The notes: generated from the letters alone by a model not told the origin. A stretch of 63,627 nt of DNA, filler included, from Choristocarpus tenellus KU-1152 (GCA_964200185.2; 13 parts of 13 records of this genome joined end to end with filler, not necessarily neighbours in it), one strand, 5' to 3'. Shown: positions 1 through 13,599, numbered from the whole stretch's first letter. Numbers and translations: made by a program.

Positions 1-66
1 AAGGGGAATCGAAAAAAGGGTAAAAAACGGACGCCGACATCCCCCCCCCCCCAGATCCTTTGACCC
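1..66 (-). mobile_element. End of a family-B-related MITE, truncated by the window edge
   Basis: Poly-C followed by CCAGATCCTTTGACCC; reverse complement resembles 21598-21643. Confidence 0.65.
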
Positions 67-2054
67 TGGATTCGCTTACACAAGTCTGTCCCTATGTACC
101 ACGCCCATTATTTCTGGCGAGATTGCAAAACAAAGTATGCAAAGATTGACCCCATTCTCATTTGACCTTGTGCTGCTTCCGTTTTTCCCCATTCCAATCC
201 CCTGCCCTGCTCTGCACTTTTGTTTTGCTCTTAATATTTTTCTTGTTCCTGGCACTCTCTCTCTTTGGATGTCAATCAACACTTCTGGGGGCTGGACAAT
301 TGGCATGAAACATACTCATGCGCACACAAAAATCAACAGTTTGGCATATAAAGGGGATTGTGAGATATGCTTTGGTCATGGAGACAATGCAAACATTTCA
401 CTCAACGGAGATTAATCAGCTGGGGCTGCTTGCTAACCTCCAGGTGCCCACCAGCTGGTCTATTGACATAAGTGAGTCGTACTCTATGGTCTAAAGTGTC
501 CATGGAAAGTGGTGGATGGGAGCAGGGGCAAGTTGGGGGGAGTGGTTGTAAGGAACACTCATTGCTGGTAGATATATTGTGAAAATATTAACGTGTGGTG
601 CAGCACCGTTGCTCTGTCGTTATGCTTGTCTTGCACTGCTGACCCTTCACTGCTCTGGAGCAATGGATCTGGAGTGCCACAGAATAATGCAACTTGTTTG
701 TACTTGAGCATTTTTTGGATGGATAGGCATTGCTGGTAAGGTGTAGTCAGAGTAGCCAATCTTTTTTTTTCTTACACTCTTTGTTCCCCATCAGACGTAA
801 CATCAGTGCCCATTCTCTAAGTATTTGTGCTATGAATCAGTAGGACTCATGGCTCGAAGTAGATCAACTCAGGCAATTTCGATTAACTTGATTCGAGTGT
901 TAGTGCACAATGCAATTGGCACATTGTTGTGTGAGGAAAAAATCCTGGTGAGGGCCCAGTCGGAGTTGATTTTTTTTAATCGAAACTGATTTTTGTGTTC
1001 TCTTTCCACTGCCAATATCATGATCTCCTGCGATATGTGAGGTAGGATACTTATTGCCCGTGTTTTGTTTGAGGAGATAGGCTGAAGAATACGTGACCGT
1101 GTGGGTTTGTAAAGAAAGAGGGATTTCCATGATTTTGAAACAGACGTTTCAGTAGCTACTCCTACTCCTATTCCTACTCCTCCTACTCCTATTATTATTA
1201 GATGCCCAGTGACATCCTTGCGATGCGATTGGAGGAGAGGATAGAGCGTACATTGAATGCAACGGTGATCAGTGACCAACAGAGACTGCTTTGGATAGAG
1301 AGGTCATAGTAGTAGTACGATGAAGAAATAAGGTCCCCTTGAACAAGGTGCATAGTCGGCATAGTAGTGATTATGACATGATTCATAAATGATAAGAAAC
1401 AAGTAACCAATGACAAACAATGCGGCAGTACTCTTCATCTACTTGGACACAGCGCTGTGAATCCCAGCTCTAGAAAAATGACTCTGGCTTGCATCCATCA
1501 CCTGGAACTGGATTCCTCCAGTCTTGAGGTGTCAGGTTCTCTCTTGACATTCTTGGCATCATGTCATATGTCCACATTGAACCAGATGCTACATGTAAAG
1601 ATAAAAAGTCCCGATGTAACAACAAGATCCAATGTAATACTTACTGGTGTGGCAATATTCCCAGGTGAACAGAACATACCCTCTATGTAAATACTGCCTG
1701 TGAAGCAGGAGGGTCCAAAATATGGTAGGCAAGCATTGATTACGCATGGCGAGGAGGAAGGCCCCATTCACCACCACTGAAGTGGGTCATTGAACCCACT
1801 TCTCTCATCACCCACTTGAAGGCAAGGTGTCAGCTTGAAGGAGTTTACTTCAGCTTTGTGCTGACTGCTCCATGCCCTCTCATCCCGACTTGCACCACCC
1901 TTCCTCTGCCAACACCTGAACTTCTGAACTTCCACTATGCTGTTCAAGGGAACCTCTTCTTAAGCCCTTAAGTGTCCTAGTTGGACAGGGCTGCTACCTC
2001 TCTGCAGAGCCAGTGTATGTTTTGTGTGCCATATGTTCCCAGCCATGTCTAGCA

Positions 2055-2313
2055 GAGCCAAAGTATCTTACAGGGTAGAGCCGCGTCCATTTGGGGGCCA
2101 AAATCCAATGTTGCAATTTTGATGTAATTTTGGCTATCGTGTTCGTTAGAAAGTGTCAGTATCCATGTTCTGGACACACCTTTTCATGACGTATACACTC
2201 TCCCCACTCCGAAACATTTCGGAGTAGGAAAATGTCATCAGAGAACCCATGGGAAGCCAAGCCCGAAATGGACAAACAGGGCAAAACTCGTACCCTCTAA
2301 GATACTTTCACTC
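2055..2313 (+). mobile_element. MITE family A copy
   Basis: TIRs GAGCCAAAGTATCTTACAGGGTA and TACCCTCTAAGATACTTTCACTC; matches the other A copies; no clear TSD. Confidence 0.92.
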
Positions 2314-2329
2314 AATTATCACGCTGGAA

Positions 2330-2800
2330 GGACGCCTCTGGGAGCTATGGTGTTCCTCGATTATGGACAGTATGGATTTCGTTGTGAAATTCGAACGGAT
2401 ATTTGCAGAGTTCGAGCAGCTAAAGGAAAGGAAGTCAGAGAATATCAAGAAGGCTTCAATACTGTTGGGCATCATGGACCCGATATTAACTACGAGAAGC
2501 TGAAGCGGGCAATCGTCGCTTCATCATACTTACATTCGGACCAGGACAGAAATGGGACATAAATACTTCCAAGTATTTACCGACGAGAGCAGCAGGGATA
2601 CGCAATTTATGGCTTGAGGACCAGAGGTGCAACGAACACCATTGCTGCCTGGGTCGACGAAACGGCCAGAGATGGTGTGGTTGTGAAATGAATCAACGGA
2701 GGAAGTCGCCAGAGCGACGGGATCATGGAACGGTCCATCAAGCCACTAATCGAGGCTGCAAGGAGCCAACTGAAGTAAGTGGGATTGGGCGAAGAGTACG
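2330..2800 (+). pseudogene. Possible decayed LTR-retrotransposon gag fragment
   Basis: FVVKFERIFAEFEQLKERKSENIKKASILLGI resembles a Copia-type gag helix region; frameshifted. Confidence 0.3.
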
Positions 2801-3837
2801 GGTTCTTTGCTGTAACGGACATCGGTCTGTTTTCATCTCTTTCACATTCGTTGTAAGTTACCTTTCAAAATGAATATTTAATCCTACTCAGTAAAAACCT
2901 GTTCTGAACAATGTTGAATAGGGTAATTAAAGAGTGATGACAATCATAGCAAAGAAGTTCACTCACTCAGGTGCACGATTCACTGCTGCTGCAATGTGCA
3001 TAGTAAGTTCCTTCAGCAGATAGCTGGTGGTTAGCAACCGGCTCTTGTTATCTACGCCAGTGTAGGCATTCCACCTTACACATAGGCTCTTTTTAGCATT
3101 CATTCGAGGCTTATAGAATCTTCTTGACACCCGATTTCCCGTGGCTGGAATACAGATATCCCCCTTGGGGAAGGAAGCTGTGACTGCAGAAGAGGACGTT
3201 TATCCAATCCACCATATAAACGTGGCATCGTCCTTCAAAGTGCTGGTTCTATCTCAGAGGACCATGTTGACTAGAACGCAGCCACAGAGGCCCCAATTGC
3301 TCAACATCCCTTCTCTATGATAAGATCTTTGGACCAAGTGAAGGCAGTGGTTGGCTATTGCAGAACGCTCTCTTTTTTCTGGGGTGCGATCATAAACACG
3401 TTATCTTGTACATGACTGCCTGTACAATGCAAATGATAGAACTCATATAGAAGGAGAGTCTCTATGCTGGTGGTACACATTTTGATGGGACTATCATATA
3501 ACCCTTAATAATACAGTTCTTACAGTAACATTGGAATAATAAATGGAACTTGGTATCACTGTTGTTGATGTGGTACCAGTGAGTTCCAATCACAGTTTCA
3601 TGTAGATAAGAGTGAGAAAGAAAGGTGTTCACCGTAACAGATAGGGCAATAGGTGGCTCAAGGTTGTTGCCACAACAGCACCATACATACATACATAACA
3701 TGACACGTGTACACGCCTCTATCAGTTCACTGAAACACTGTGTTGTTGTAGTGCATCCAACAGCTGATCACCAAAATTGAGGATTATGCATACTATGGAG
3801 GATGGGTTTGACCCAAAATGTTGCGCGGAAAGTGCCC

Positions 3838-3937
3838 NNNNNNNNNNNNNNNNNNNNNNNNNNNNNNNNNNNNNNNNNNNNTTAATTAATTAANNNNNNN
3901 NNNNNNNNNNNNNNNNNNNNNNNNNNNNNNNNNNNNN
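3838..3937. other. Artificial contig linker (N-run, TTAATTAATTAA, N-run). Same linker at 10693-10792, 15074-15173, 19061-19160, 31215-31314, 36108-36207, 41683-41782, 45470-45569, 48865-48964, 52486-52585, 55522-55621, 60099-60198
   Basis: Twelve identical 100-bp blocks whose central 12-mer gives stop codons in all six frames. Confidence 0.98.
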
Positions 3938-4560
3938 ACAGGCAACCTCCCACCTAACCCACTCATCCACCAGCAATGATGTAGCTGCTGCTGCAGCCAA
4001 GGCACGAAAGTGCACCCACTATGAGGGCTCCTTTGATCCTCGTAGTTATAACCTCAGCACCTTCGCGGTAGAATGTTTTGGGCGCCTCGGCAAGCAAGCG
4101 GAATGCTTCCTGGATGAGCTAGCTACTCACATGGTAGGGGGGAGAGGAACTGGAGGATATTGCAGGAAAGGAGTAGTCAAATCCCGGCTACGCCAAATTG
4201 TCTCGGTGACTACGCAAGTGGCATTATCTAGACGTGTCATGCACTTTAAAGTAGAGTCACCAGGGAGATGGGCACGGAGGGGTTTGTTGATTCTTGGGAT
4301 GCCTCCCTAGCTCCCCCCCCCGGGGCGCAGGAGTAAGTAGATGGGAAGCACTGGAAGGCAGTAGTACAATATTGATAGTGGTGAAGTAACAGGTAAATTA
4401 GTGCTTTTCATATTTATAGTGTTTTACTGTATTTTTCACATTTATGATATTTTATTTCTTTAGGGCTTATTATACTGACATATGTATAGTTTTCATTTGT
4501 TGCCCCCCTGACACATCTGCAAAATGTCAGAGGGCATAGTATATATATATATATATATAT
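3938..4560 (+). mobile_element. 3' end of a CRE-like non-LTR retrotransposon (restriction-like endonuclease C-terminus, 3' UTR, (TA)n tail)
   Basis: Open frame to TAG at 4310: AAAAAKARKCTHY...FAVECFGRLGKQAECFLDELATH...RLRQIVSVTTQVALSRRV; ends in (TA)n at about 4540-4562. Confidence 0.75.
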
Positions 4561-6853
4561 ATCGGTATATGGCATACGGCAATAACAGTTCAACAACAGG
4601 CAAACATGCTTTCCACAGAGCCCAAAAATTATAACTTAAGAGAACGTCAAATGTCATCAAGTATTTAATATGGTGAAGTATTGGCTTTTTGATCGTGTCA
4701 ACAATAGAAATATTATTGTGTTGAATATAGTGTTCTGAACTGAAAGAAGATAAACTAGAATCAAATCGGCTGGGGAAAAAAGTTGATTAATCGAATCAAA
4801 TCGAAATGTTGCCCCTCCAGAGGCACACGATGCCGCAAGGCAAAAACTCCCAAAAACTCCACAGGTCTCAGAAGGCACATCCGAAGCCATAACAATGAAT
4901 TGCGCAGTGAGTTATGGGTGATGACACCTTTGGAGGATGAGGTTCCTCTATGACCTCGAATGTCTTCAGTAGTCACATTTCTGCTTGCATCACGATAAAA
5001 AATCTGAATAGCAGCCCAACTAACAACTCCAATTAACCAAACTGAAACCAATTGAACTTTTGCGATTCACGACACTCATAGTTTCGCTCGCATAATTTTT
5101 TTTGTCGATGAAGGGAGAACAGGAAATCCAAGTGTCCCTGTTTATGTTCATTATATAATAATTGCTATATATAAAATGTTTCTCACATACTTCCAAATCT
5201 TGAAAGGTCGTGACATACGAACCTGCGCGCAACGCACGAGGAAATGTTTTCAATACCTTGAGAAAGGAGATTTAGTATGGAGATGGAACTCATTCACTCT
5301 TATTGCATCCACACTACAGGAATTTCGTTTTTTCTGGCCTTGATCAAGCCATAGTTCCACTGTGTTGATTGTGGCTTTGGTGGTTACAACATTATGTTTG
5401 CTTCACCCTTGCATCCTCCCCCTGGTAACAACTAAGCCAAGGTTGGAAATCTCCGCTGTTTTCACACTAGGTGCACCAATGATTCCTATGTTGAATGTCT
5501 GACTTCCGAAGTGCCAATTTCTGACCTACTGCAATTTACTTGTACACTCTAAAAATTAACTGCAGAAGATCGTCCAGTTCAATGACCCTACATCAACATA
5601 AGACGACGTACCTAATTCCACATGGAATGTAGGCTAACCATTTCTAGCTTTGATTCAATAAAATAACATGCAAGGATGAAGACAGCCCAACAACTTCAGC
5701 AATGTGATATACCTTCATTCGATCATGCCATCTAACCACAAATGCAATCTGATTCCCTAAATATCCAACCCTGTAACCTAATCAGTTAAGCACTTGACAA
5801 TGCAGGTAATACATGGAGGTATGTTCCTTACTCTATGTAGAACTTGACATCATAAAATCTGATTCAAAACTGGTACTCGGAATCTTCAGCTTTCATCTTC
5901 ATCCCCTTCACCATACTTTGTTAACTGGTTTTGTGTTTGTGTGTCTGATTTTTTTTGTGAATCCTTTAGAGAGATGAGGTATCCAGCTACATGTGGTATG
6001 GACCAACCATTTCTACCTATATTTTGATTGTAAACAAGAGTATAGAATATACTTCATCTATTGAACTTTGTACTCCCATCATAACAACGTCTGTGCAACG
6101 TTGTAGGGCAAACGATCGAGACTGTTTGCTCTGTAGTAACGTCCGTTGTTAAGCAAACACTTGGTTAGTTGTCCTGGACAACGCTTGGGTGGGGCCTTGG
6201 TCCTTATGTCCATTGTTAGGCCGTACTCAAGTCAATTTTGTTCTTTTTCACATATTATTATGTCACTGATATTTAGGAGAAGTGACAGGCAGAGGAGGGA
6301 GAAGATTAAGATCAAGGCTACGAAAACATCTAATATTGTGATGTTTCCCTATGTCCAATAATTTTCCAGAAAAACTAAACTACACCTAAGTATACAAGTC
6401 CCTTTGAAAGTATTCTGTATGGACCAATGCGTGTACTATTATGACGTTACTTCCATGCCTTTCCTTCATATTTGTTGCTTTTCTACATATCAATCCCTCC
6501 AACAAGTCAGTAGGCATAGTAATATATATAAATACTTTGGGTCAATTTATCCATAAAAGGTCCGTTATTTAGGGCACCATCCGTTTCCTGCATAACATTC
6601 GTTCTCTAATGGTTTTCTGGTTTTGGAAGACTAAAACACAAAAGCTGTGTTATTGGGCGAGCGTTACGTTGTTTGAGGTGTCAAAAGTACTTCAATACAA
6701 GACAGTGTTAGTAATATTATTTTGTTTTCGTTATCAAGATCAACAAAATGTATTTCAAAATTTTGAAGACAATAATAATGACTAAAGGAATGCAGGTAAC
6801 TAACTCTAAGAAGTCCACTTAGATATAAAGTTCACTTGACCCAAACCTCAACC

Positions 6854-9800
6854 ATGAGCACTTCATGGCTCGATGATGGTCAGGAATGGATTAACGATCC
6901 AGGAGGTGATGGGCCATCCCTCGAGGACTTTCTGGGCCGTGGTGTTTCAGACCTTCCATTCTTGCAAGGGTACGATGAAGTTCCAGGCACGAGCATGGAG
7001 TACCGACTCTTCGCAGACGAGTGGTGTTCCATTGAAAACCTCAAGCAGGTGCAGGATCGTCGGTGGTTTGATTTCTCACTGCAAGCGGTTGAGAAAGATT
7101 CAACCCATCGCACTGGTGGTTTCTCACTGTGCACTGTTGCTTACGTCCACAAGCAACAACCCTTATCGTTTCCCCTCAAAACAACTTTCCTGTGTCCTAG
7201 GTGCGGGAGACGGTTCTAAATTTTGTCCAGGATCTTGCAAGAGGCTATATCTGGCACCATGACTCATTCTCCTTGTCAGTGGTGGTGTCTGAGAATGAGG
7301 AAATGGAGCCTCACATGTACGGGTGCCTGGTGTTTGGTGACAACACATCTGACGAGTGGTTCGTGTGCTTTTTGCTGTATCAGGTCTCCCGCCAGTTTCC
7401 TTGGTGAGAAATATAAAATGCTAGACCCAAATAATCTGGACTTCTCACACCGGAGTTCTTCTGGGTTATTGCTAATTCAGATTCCTAAATTACGAGGCGT
7501 AGCCTCAAGTTTACGCCCTACCCATCAATCGTTAGAGTCAACACTAACACTGATCATTTGCAATGTGCAGGTTGACTGTGTCGATGGTTGATACTGATGG
7601 ACAGTTCTTGCTAATTGAGACCGCGGCAGCAATACCAAAATTCCTGACCCCGACCAATAGGTAACATACTTGAATGACCTAATCTATCTCAGGTCTTGAA
7701 AACAACTTCAGTAGGACTTTGAAAGTGCTTGTACCCCATCTCGATGATCCCGAGAGGGTACCACGAGTACTGTACTGTGCCTAGGTCTCATGAGGCCCTG
7801 ATATCATGCGCCGAACCTCATTACCACGCTCATTTACACGCTTTTGCTCCACCTTCATCTCCAATACAATGAAACTCCACCCCTTGTTAGTGACAATCGC
7901 GTTTGGCTGAGGTCAGGACAAGTTCACCTGGTAATGCCAGGGGCAATAGTAGACAGGGAAAAAACACCAAGAGCACTGGGGTCAGGAAAAATCACCTGCT
8001 CTGAGGTGAGTCGAATATACAGAATTGAATTGCACAGGGATACACCAGTTAGTTCCCTTGTCAGCTCTGTTTGGTAGGAGATTGAAGACCAGGATATCTC
8101 CAGGTTAGATGTAAGTTTAGGTAAAGTGAAAATACTGGCACCTGACTGGTCACTGACCTCGGAATGTCGGACTCCTGTCCATGATTCCTTTACCCTGTGA
8201 AATTACAATATGTGGGTACCCTCCCTACAGATTTAGCAGTACTTTGTACATCTTTCTTTTTGGGGTTTATGTCTTGGTATATACTTTTTGCTATAAAATA
8301 TGTCTGGGAAATGCAATGAAGGTTATGCTGACAATATTGTTGTGTGTGGCACATGATTGAATGCTGATAGACGCCATGAAGGAGCGATCTTTTGGAGGCG
8401 TACAGTACACGGATGGGAATTGATATTATATTTTTTTGTTTGTTCAGTCTTGTAATCCAACCAAGATTGTGAGCTGAGATGTGATTGATAGACTTTTGAT
8501 ATGATACCTGACTTCACAAGTATACAGGTGACTCCGGATGAACTTCCTACCTGTGAATTTCATGCGATGTTTGTGTGACAAAATTTAATTTGCTCTTGAT
8601 ACATCATTTTGTTCAGGGGCTAAAGGCTGTGTGAAAAAAATTGATTTGCTCTTGATATCTTATTTTGTTCAGGGGCTAAAGGCTGTGCGAGAAGGGGATG
8701 ACCACACCATTGCTGATGAGAGTGTGCAGCGCCTGATACAGCGCAAGATTGAGGGTTACCCAGAGAAGGTTCAGAATGAAATGCATCAAGTCAGGTCTGT
8801 TGAACGGCACACTGACACTTTCATTACATTGCCTTGAAAATGCTGGATCTTCCTATTTTCCAGTTCTCATGGTTAATTATGGCATGGCAACGACAGAAAA
8901 TGTTGTGTGTGCATGGAGATATTATTCAATTTCTTGTGACGCAGAAAAAGGTGTGTAGCGCAGGTCGATCTGTATTTGTTTATCATTACACTTTACTTTC
9001 CCGCTCTTCAAAACTTTGTCTCCCAGGTGCTTCTTACCTATCACTGTGGCACTGGTGCTTCGAATCTTTCCTGGCTTTGTATCCCCAGCAGCGCATGCCT
9101 TCTGCTCTGGAGATCCCATGGACAGGAAGAGGGGTGCCCTGATGAGACGACTATTTTCTTTGTCTGACGAGAAGTCGATTCATGTGGATGGGCACTGTAT
9201 GCAGAAAGAGGTTACACACTGTATGCCCATGTTTGTAGAGCAACGAGTGATATTTACTCGGCATCTGTATGCAATGATTGCCCAGGCTCCAATGGCCCCG
9301 CCTTCCAAGGTCTTCCCACAAGGGTAAGTAACCTCTTTGTTCCTTACTGGTCAATCAGTTGAGGTTTTCAGGATTGCGGATGTGAGAGGCTCTTGGGGAC
9401 AACACTTGACAGGACTCTTTGCATCTTCGGTTTTTTGTGCTCACCTAGGCATTGCTGAAGTCACCCAGGCAGTAGCACCAACTTGATAGTTTTCAGGAAT
9501 TGAAGAATCTGTGTATTCATGATTGGCAGGTGGGGCCCCGGAAGTGCGATGAGGCTTTCGGTTGCATCCCGTGAGAAGGCATCCGCAATAGGGCAGAAGC
9601 TATCCGTGGGTCTGGAAGCAGCATATCAGGTTCGTTAAGGTGGAGGTCATTGTATGTAGGCAGGAAGTACTGTCCTTCTGAACCGGGCATGGTGTATGGC
9701 AGGTGATGCTCTAACAAAGAACTGCAGAAGTAGAAGGAAATCCATGTTTTAAACATGCACCAGTTGTCAGGACCAGCAATGTCCCAGGTCATGATTCAAC

Positions 9801-10686
9801 CTTGGAGAGTCACTAATTTTATGCCCATGCCAGACATCTGCTGAGCAATGTGCAAAGAGGGCCAATGGTGATATTGTGGCGAGTGTGGGATCAAGAAACT
9901 GGAGGCGTTATCTCAGTGGACTGGAGCGGGCTGGGTTTTTTGAGGGAGAAATGGAAGGGTCAAAGCTGTACAAAGAGAAGATTGCCATGGCAGAGGTGAG
10001 TAATCTGGGCGTCAGTATTACCTGTCAATGCAACAAACAACATTTTTTAATTAATATCTGACTTACCTGGACGGGAGATACTTTTTTGCTATGATTTACG
10101 GGGGTATAGAAATTGAGATATGATTGTGTTGGCACCAGCTTACCTTCCTGTGTATTATCCCACCCCCTGTAGGAATTTCTTCAGGATAGAGTCGTCCACT
10201 TGACCAGGCAAAGTGATGGGGAACTAAAGTCAGATGATGCAATGTATCAAAAGTGCAGTATGCATGAGAAGATCGACCACCTACTGAAGCAAGTGGACCG
10301 CCCTCAAGAGTTTTTGCCAGTGCTGGAGGATGATGATGAGGTATGACAGATCTGCATACTCTATTTCCTCAATGTACAGCATTGGTGCCAGTAGTGATGC
10401 CCTGTTTCCAATAGCCTGGTATTGGGTAATGTAGAACGGTGCTTCTATAGCACTGATCCACCCAAGGTTTAATTTTCCACGTTTGGCGCTTATCTCCACA
10501 TTTGAAAAAACATTGAACACCATCTAGAAGCAGTATCCTCAAACTGAAACTATATTTACTGTAATAAAATAGACTCAAATTGGTGGGCCTCTTGTTGCTC
10601 CTCTATGTTCATCACTGCAGGAAGAGTGGAGAAAGGTTTCTCCTGAAGATCTGGAGAGGATGCTGCGGAATTATGATGGACTTGAG
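6854..10686 (+). CDS. ECD: Ecdysoneless (ECD/SGT1 family) homolog, spliced, 3'-truncated by contig end. Exons 6854-7048, 7201-7403, 7571-7660, 7891-8005, 8673-8794, 9027-9323, 9530-9629, 9834-9995, 10173-10340, 10621-10686
   Basis: Phase-consistent GT-AG exons giving GYIWHHDSF, FGDNTSDEWFVCFLL, DTDGQFLLIETA, DNRVWLRSGQVHL, IGQKLSVGLE, FFEGEMEGSKLY and EDDDEEEWRKVSPEDLERML, in ECD motif order. Confidence 0.9.
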
Positions 10687-11291
10687 GTACTTNNNNNNNN
10701 NNNNNNNNNNNNNNNNNNNNNNNNNNNNNNNNNNNNTTAATTAATTAANNNNNNNNNNNNNNNNNNNNNNNNNNNNNNNNNNNNNNNNNNNNAAAGAGGA
10801 GTGATGTGCTCTGCTTATGTTCCCCCCTTGCCCGTGCCTATCACGTGAGCCGTCATTCCCATCCTCGATCGCCTCCACCTCGTCCCCATGTGGGCCCATT
10901 CGTTCTCTAGTGAGCTTGAAAACACGCCGAAGGTGAACATGGAGGCTTTTTCTATGGCTGATAAAATTGTGATGGATGGGAAGTAGTAATAATAATAAGA
11001 GCTAACCCTAACTACAAATTCGTCAAGGATTCTTCTTTCAGAAATGAATTTCATGAACGTCTTCAAAAGTTGTGGGCAACGCGGCACAGACTTATGGCGC
11101 TAGGTAGTAATGAATTGACAATGATTTTGAGTCCGTCCGATTTTTTGCATTTTCAATACAAGTGTACTTTGAATGACCTTAATTTCTGATCGAAAAAATC
11201 GACTGAACTAAATGAATCGTGCCGATAATTGAGCCGATTCAAAGTCCAGATATTGAACAGGGTTTGGTTTAACCAAGAATATATATATAAC

Positions 11292-12853
11292 GTGGTACCA
11301 GTAGCTTCGCCCTCTGTGGTAATATTTTCACTAGAACCCCACAACAGATATACAACAATATCGAATAAAAGCTTATGACAAGAGCTTTTGAGGGTTTGTA
11401 TGCAGGATTGTAAAAGCTTTGGTGAACGGGAACTATGTCCCGATCAAATAATGGAAAAACGCCGGGGAATATCTCCGGCGCAATTCTGAAGGTCACGACT
11501 TCAAGCGATACAAAAAATGAGTTTGTTGGCTGAACTCCTTGCAGAAAACTGGTCCGGGGGGGTCCCTGTCAAATTTTGGGTGGTTTGGCCATACCGATTT
11601 TTTTCAAATTTCCGGACATTTTTTTAACACCTTTTGCAGACTTCTGTGAGGACACACACACGTGACTTACACAGCAACATGAACTGCGACGGTGAGACAA
11701 GGAGAGCCGCCGAGGCCACTCTGCCCCCTGGATCTACCCTCGGCACCTTCTCTGTCAAGAGGTCTAGGAAAAGCAAAGTATCGTGTGACACACAGTACGA
11801 TGTTAGGTGACAATAAAGTGTGAGAAGTGTGGCGCAGCAGCATGACCAAATCTCGAAATGGACCACGCGGTCATGACACTGACGCTGAGAGAAGATGCAT
11901 TGAAAGCATTACCACACAAACTTGGTTGGGTCTTCAACCACTTCGGAGAACTGCTCTGCCGTCTCGGCCACCTCGGAAAACAGTATGAGATTGGCGAGTC
12001 CATCACCAGGTGGTACAGGGACGAAGTCTGTGGGGAAGCTTGGTCACGGCGGGTGAAGGAAACATAGTGGCCAGCCGAAGGGAAGGTTGGGGAAGAGAGC
12101 AGTGCAACTGCATGCAATTGCGCTCAGGAAACGTCTAAGCGAAAACCCGAGTGTAGAATATCTTAGTAGTCGACAGTTGCAGCAGGCCCTGGCTGTTTGG
12201 AAGTTGTGCGAGCCAGAGTGGCTTAAGGAAACGAGAAAGGTGTTAGGGTTGGGCTACAAGGGCTCTGAAGTCTGAAAGAAGGTCAAAAGGGCTCGCAAGG
12301 AGGAGTAGAAAGCGATGGCAACAAAGGTAGCCGTGGAGAAGTCTTGATACCACCAAATCCTATTCTTAGAAGAGGTGGTGAAGCAGGTGGAGGTAGCCAT
12401 CAACGTGGACGCCAGGGAAGAAGAGGAGGGGAGATTGAGACTATTTGCACACTGATGGTTTGGTGTCTCCCACTTCTTGCAAGATGTCGTACATTTACTC
12501 TTGTTGCTGAAGTTAGGGTTGGACGTGTAAAGGTGATAAGACTTTCTCCCAGCCTGCATTAATTCGAGAAATCAACACAGGAAGAAAGGGTGGGAAGACT
12601 TTCTCCCGCCTAAGCCCTACACTTTAATCAAGTACTAGTGTATCTGTTGCCACTCTTGGTGACCTACAATCCAGGGTTCGAACCCCAATATGAGCGCTCT
12701 ATCTTCAAAAAAACAAAAAAGTGGAGAAGAAAACAAGCCCCTACTCTAGAGGGCCTCGTGATGGGCATCAAGAATATGCTTCTATTTTTTAATCCGATTT
12801 CTGCATCAAAGTTATGACGGGACAACCCCAGAGGACGAACGTACTGGTATCAA
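11292..12853 (+). mobile_element. About 1.56-kb non-autonomous TIR DNA transposon (probable IS630/Tc1-mariner relative), copy 1
   Basis: TIRs GTGGTACCAGTAGCTTCGCCCTCTG and CAGAGGACGAACGTACTGGTATCAA; long homology to 34552-36030 in inverted orientation. Confidence 0.8.
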
Positions 12854-13309
12854 TATAGGCAGGTTTGGAACCGTTTGCATTTTAAGCCATCTTTCTACCC
12901 TATAAAATACACTGTTTCATTATATACACTCTATCCACAATTGTGTACGCAAAATTGATATTCCCCTATTCCAAACACAATGTGACACTCCAATCAAGCA
13001 AACCCTCTTAATATTAATATCGTAATGAGACGGTGAAGGTCCAATATATATATATATATATATTTGTATCGCAAAGGAAGGAGGAGGGAATGGGGTTGTG
13101 GAGGTGATGGAGGAAGGCGACGATGGTGCACGAGACAGGCAGGGGCAAGGAACGAATATAAGTGGAGGGAGTAACCCAGCTCTAGGAATAGATACTCAGG
13201 TCTCGATTTCGCAGAATGGAAAAGGATGAACAGACAACTGCCTCTTCCTTACCCCTGTGTGCTACATACTGAAGTCATCCCCCCCTTTATATCTAAAGTG
13301 CTTGATTGT

Positions 13310-13567
13310 GAGCCAAAGTATCTTAGAGGGTAGATCCGCGTCCATTTGGGGGCCAAAATCCAATGTTGCGATTTTGGTGTAATTTTGGGAATCGTGTTTG
13401 CTAGGAAGTGTTAATATCCATATTCTGGACACACCCTTTCATAACGCATAATTTTACCTACTCCGAAATATTTTGGAGTAGGAAAATGTCATAAAAAAAA
13501 ACATGGGAAGCCTAACCCCAAATGGACAAACAGGGCAAAACTCGCACCCTCTAAGATACATTCACTC
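13310..13567 (+). mobile_element. MITE family A copy
   Basis: Full TIRs; flanks TTGT/ATGT. Confidence 0.92.
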
Positions 13568-13599
13568 ATGTACACCGCAAAAGGAGCTCCCAAGCCTCT

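Noticed and set aside
500-2000. Possible Copia pol debris (also 32500-33400 and 49300-50050)
   Set aside because: Too decayed to read diagnostic motifs
3882-3893. TTAATTAATTAA palindrome repeated twelve times
   Set aside because: Centre of identical N-flanked linkers; an assembly concatenation artefact
4650-6250. Possible minus-strand gene upstream of ECD
   Set aside because: No consistent exon chain or recognisable domain could be built
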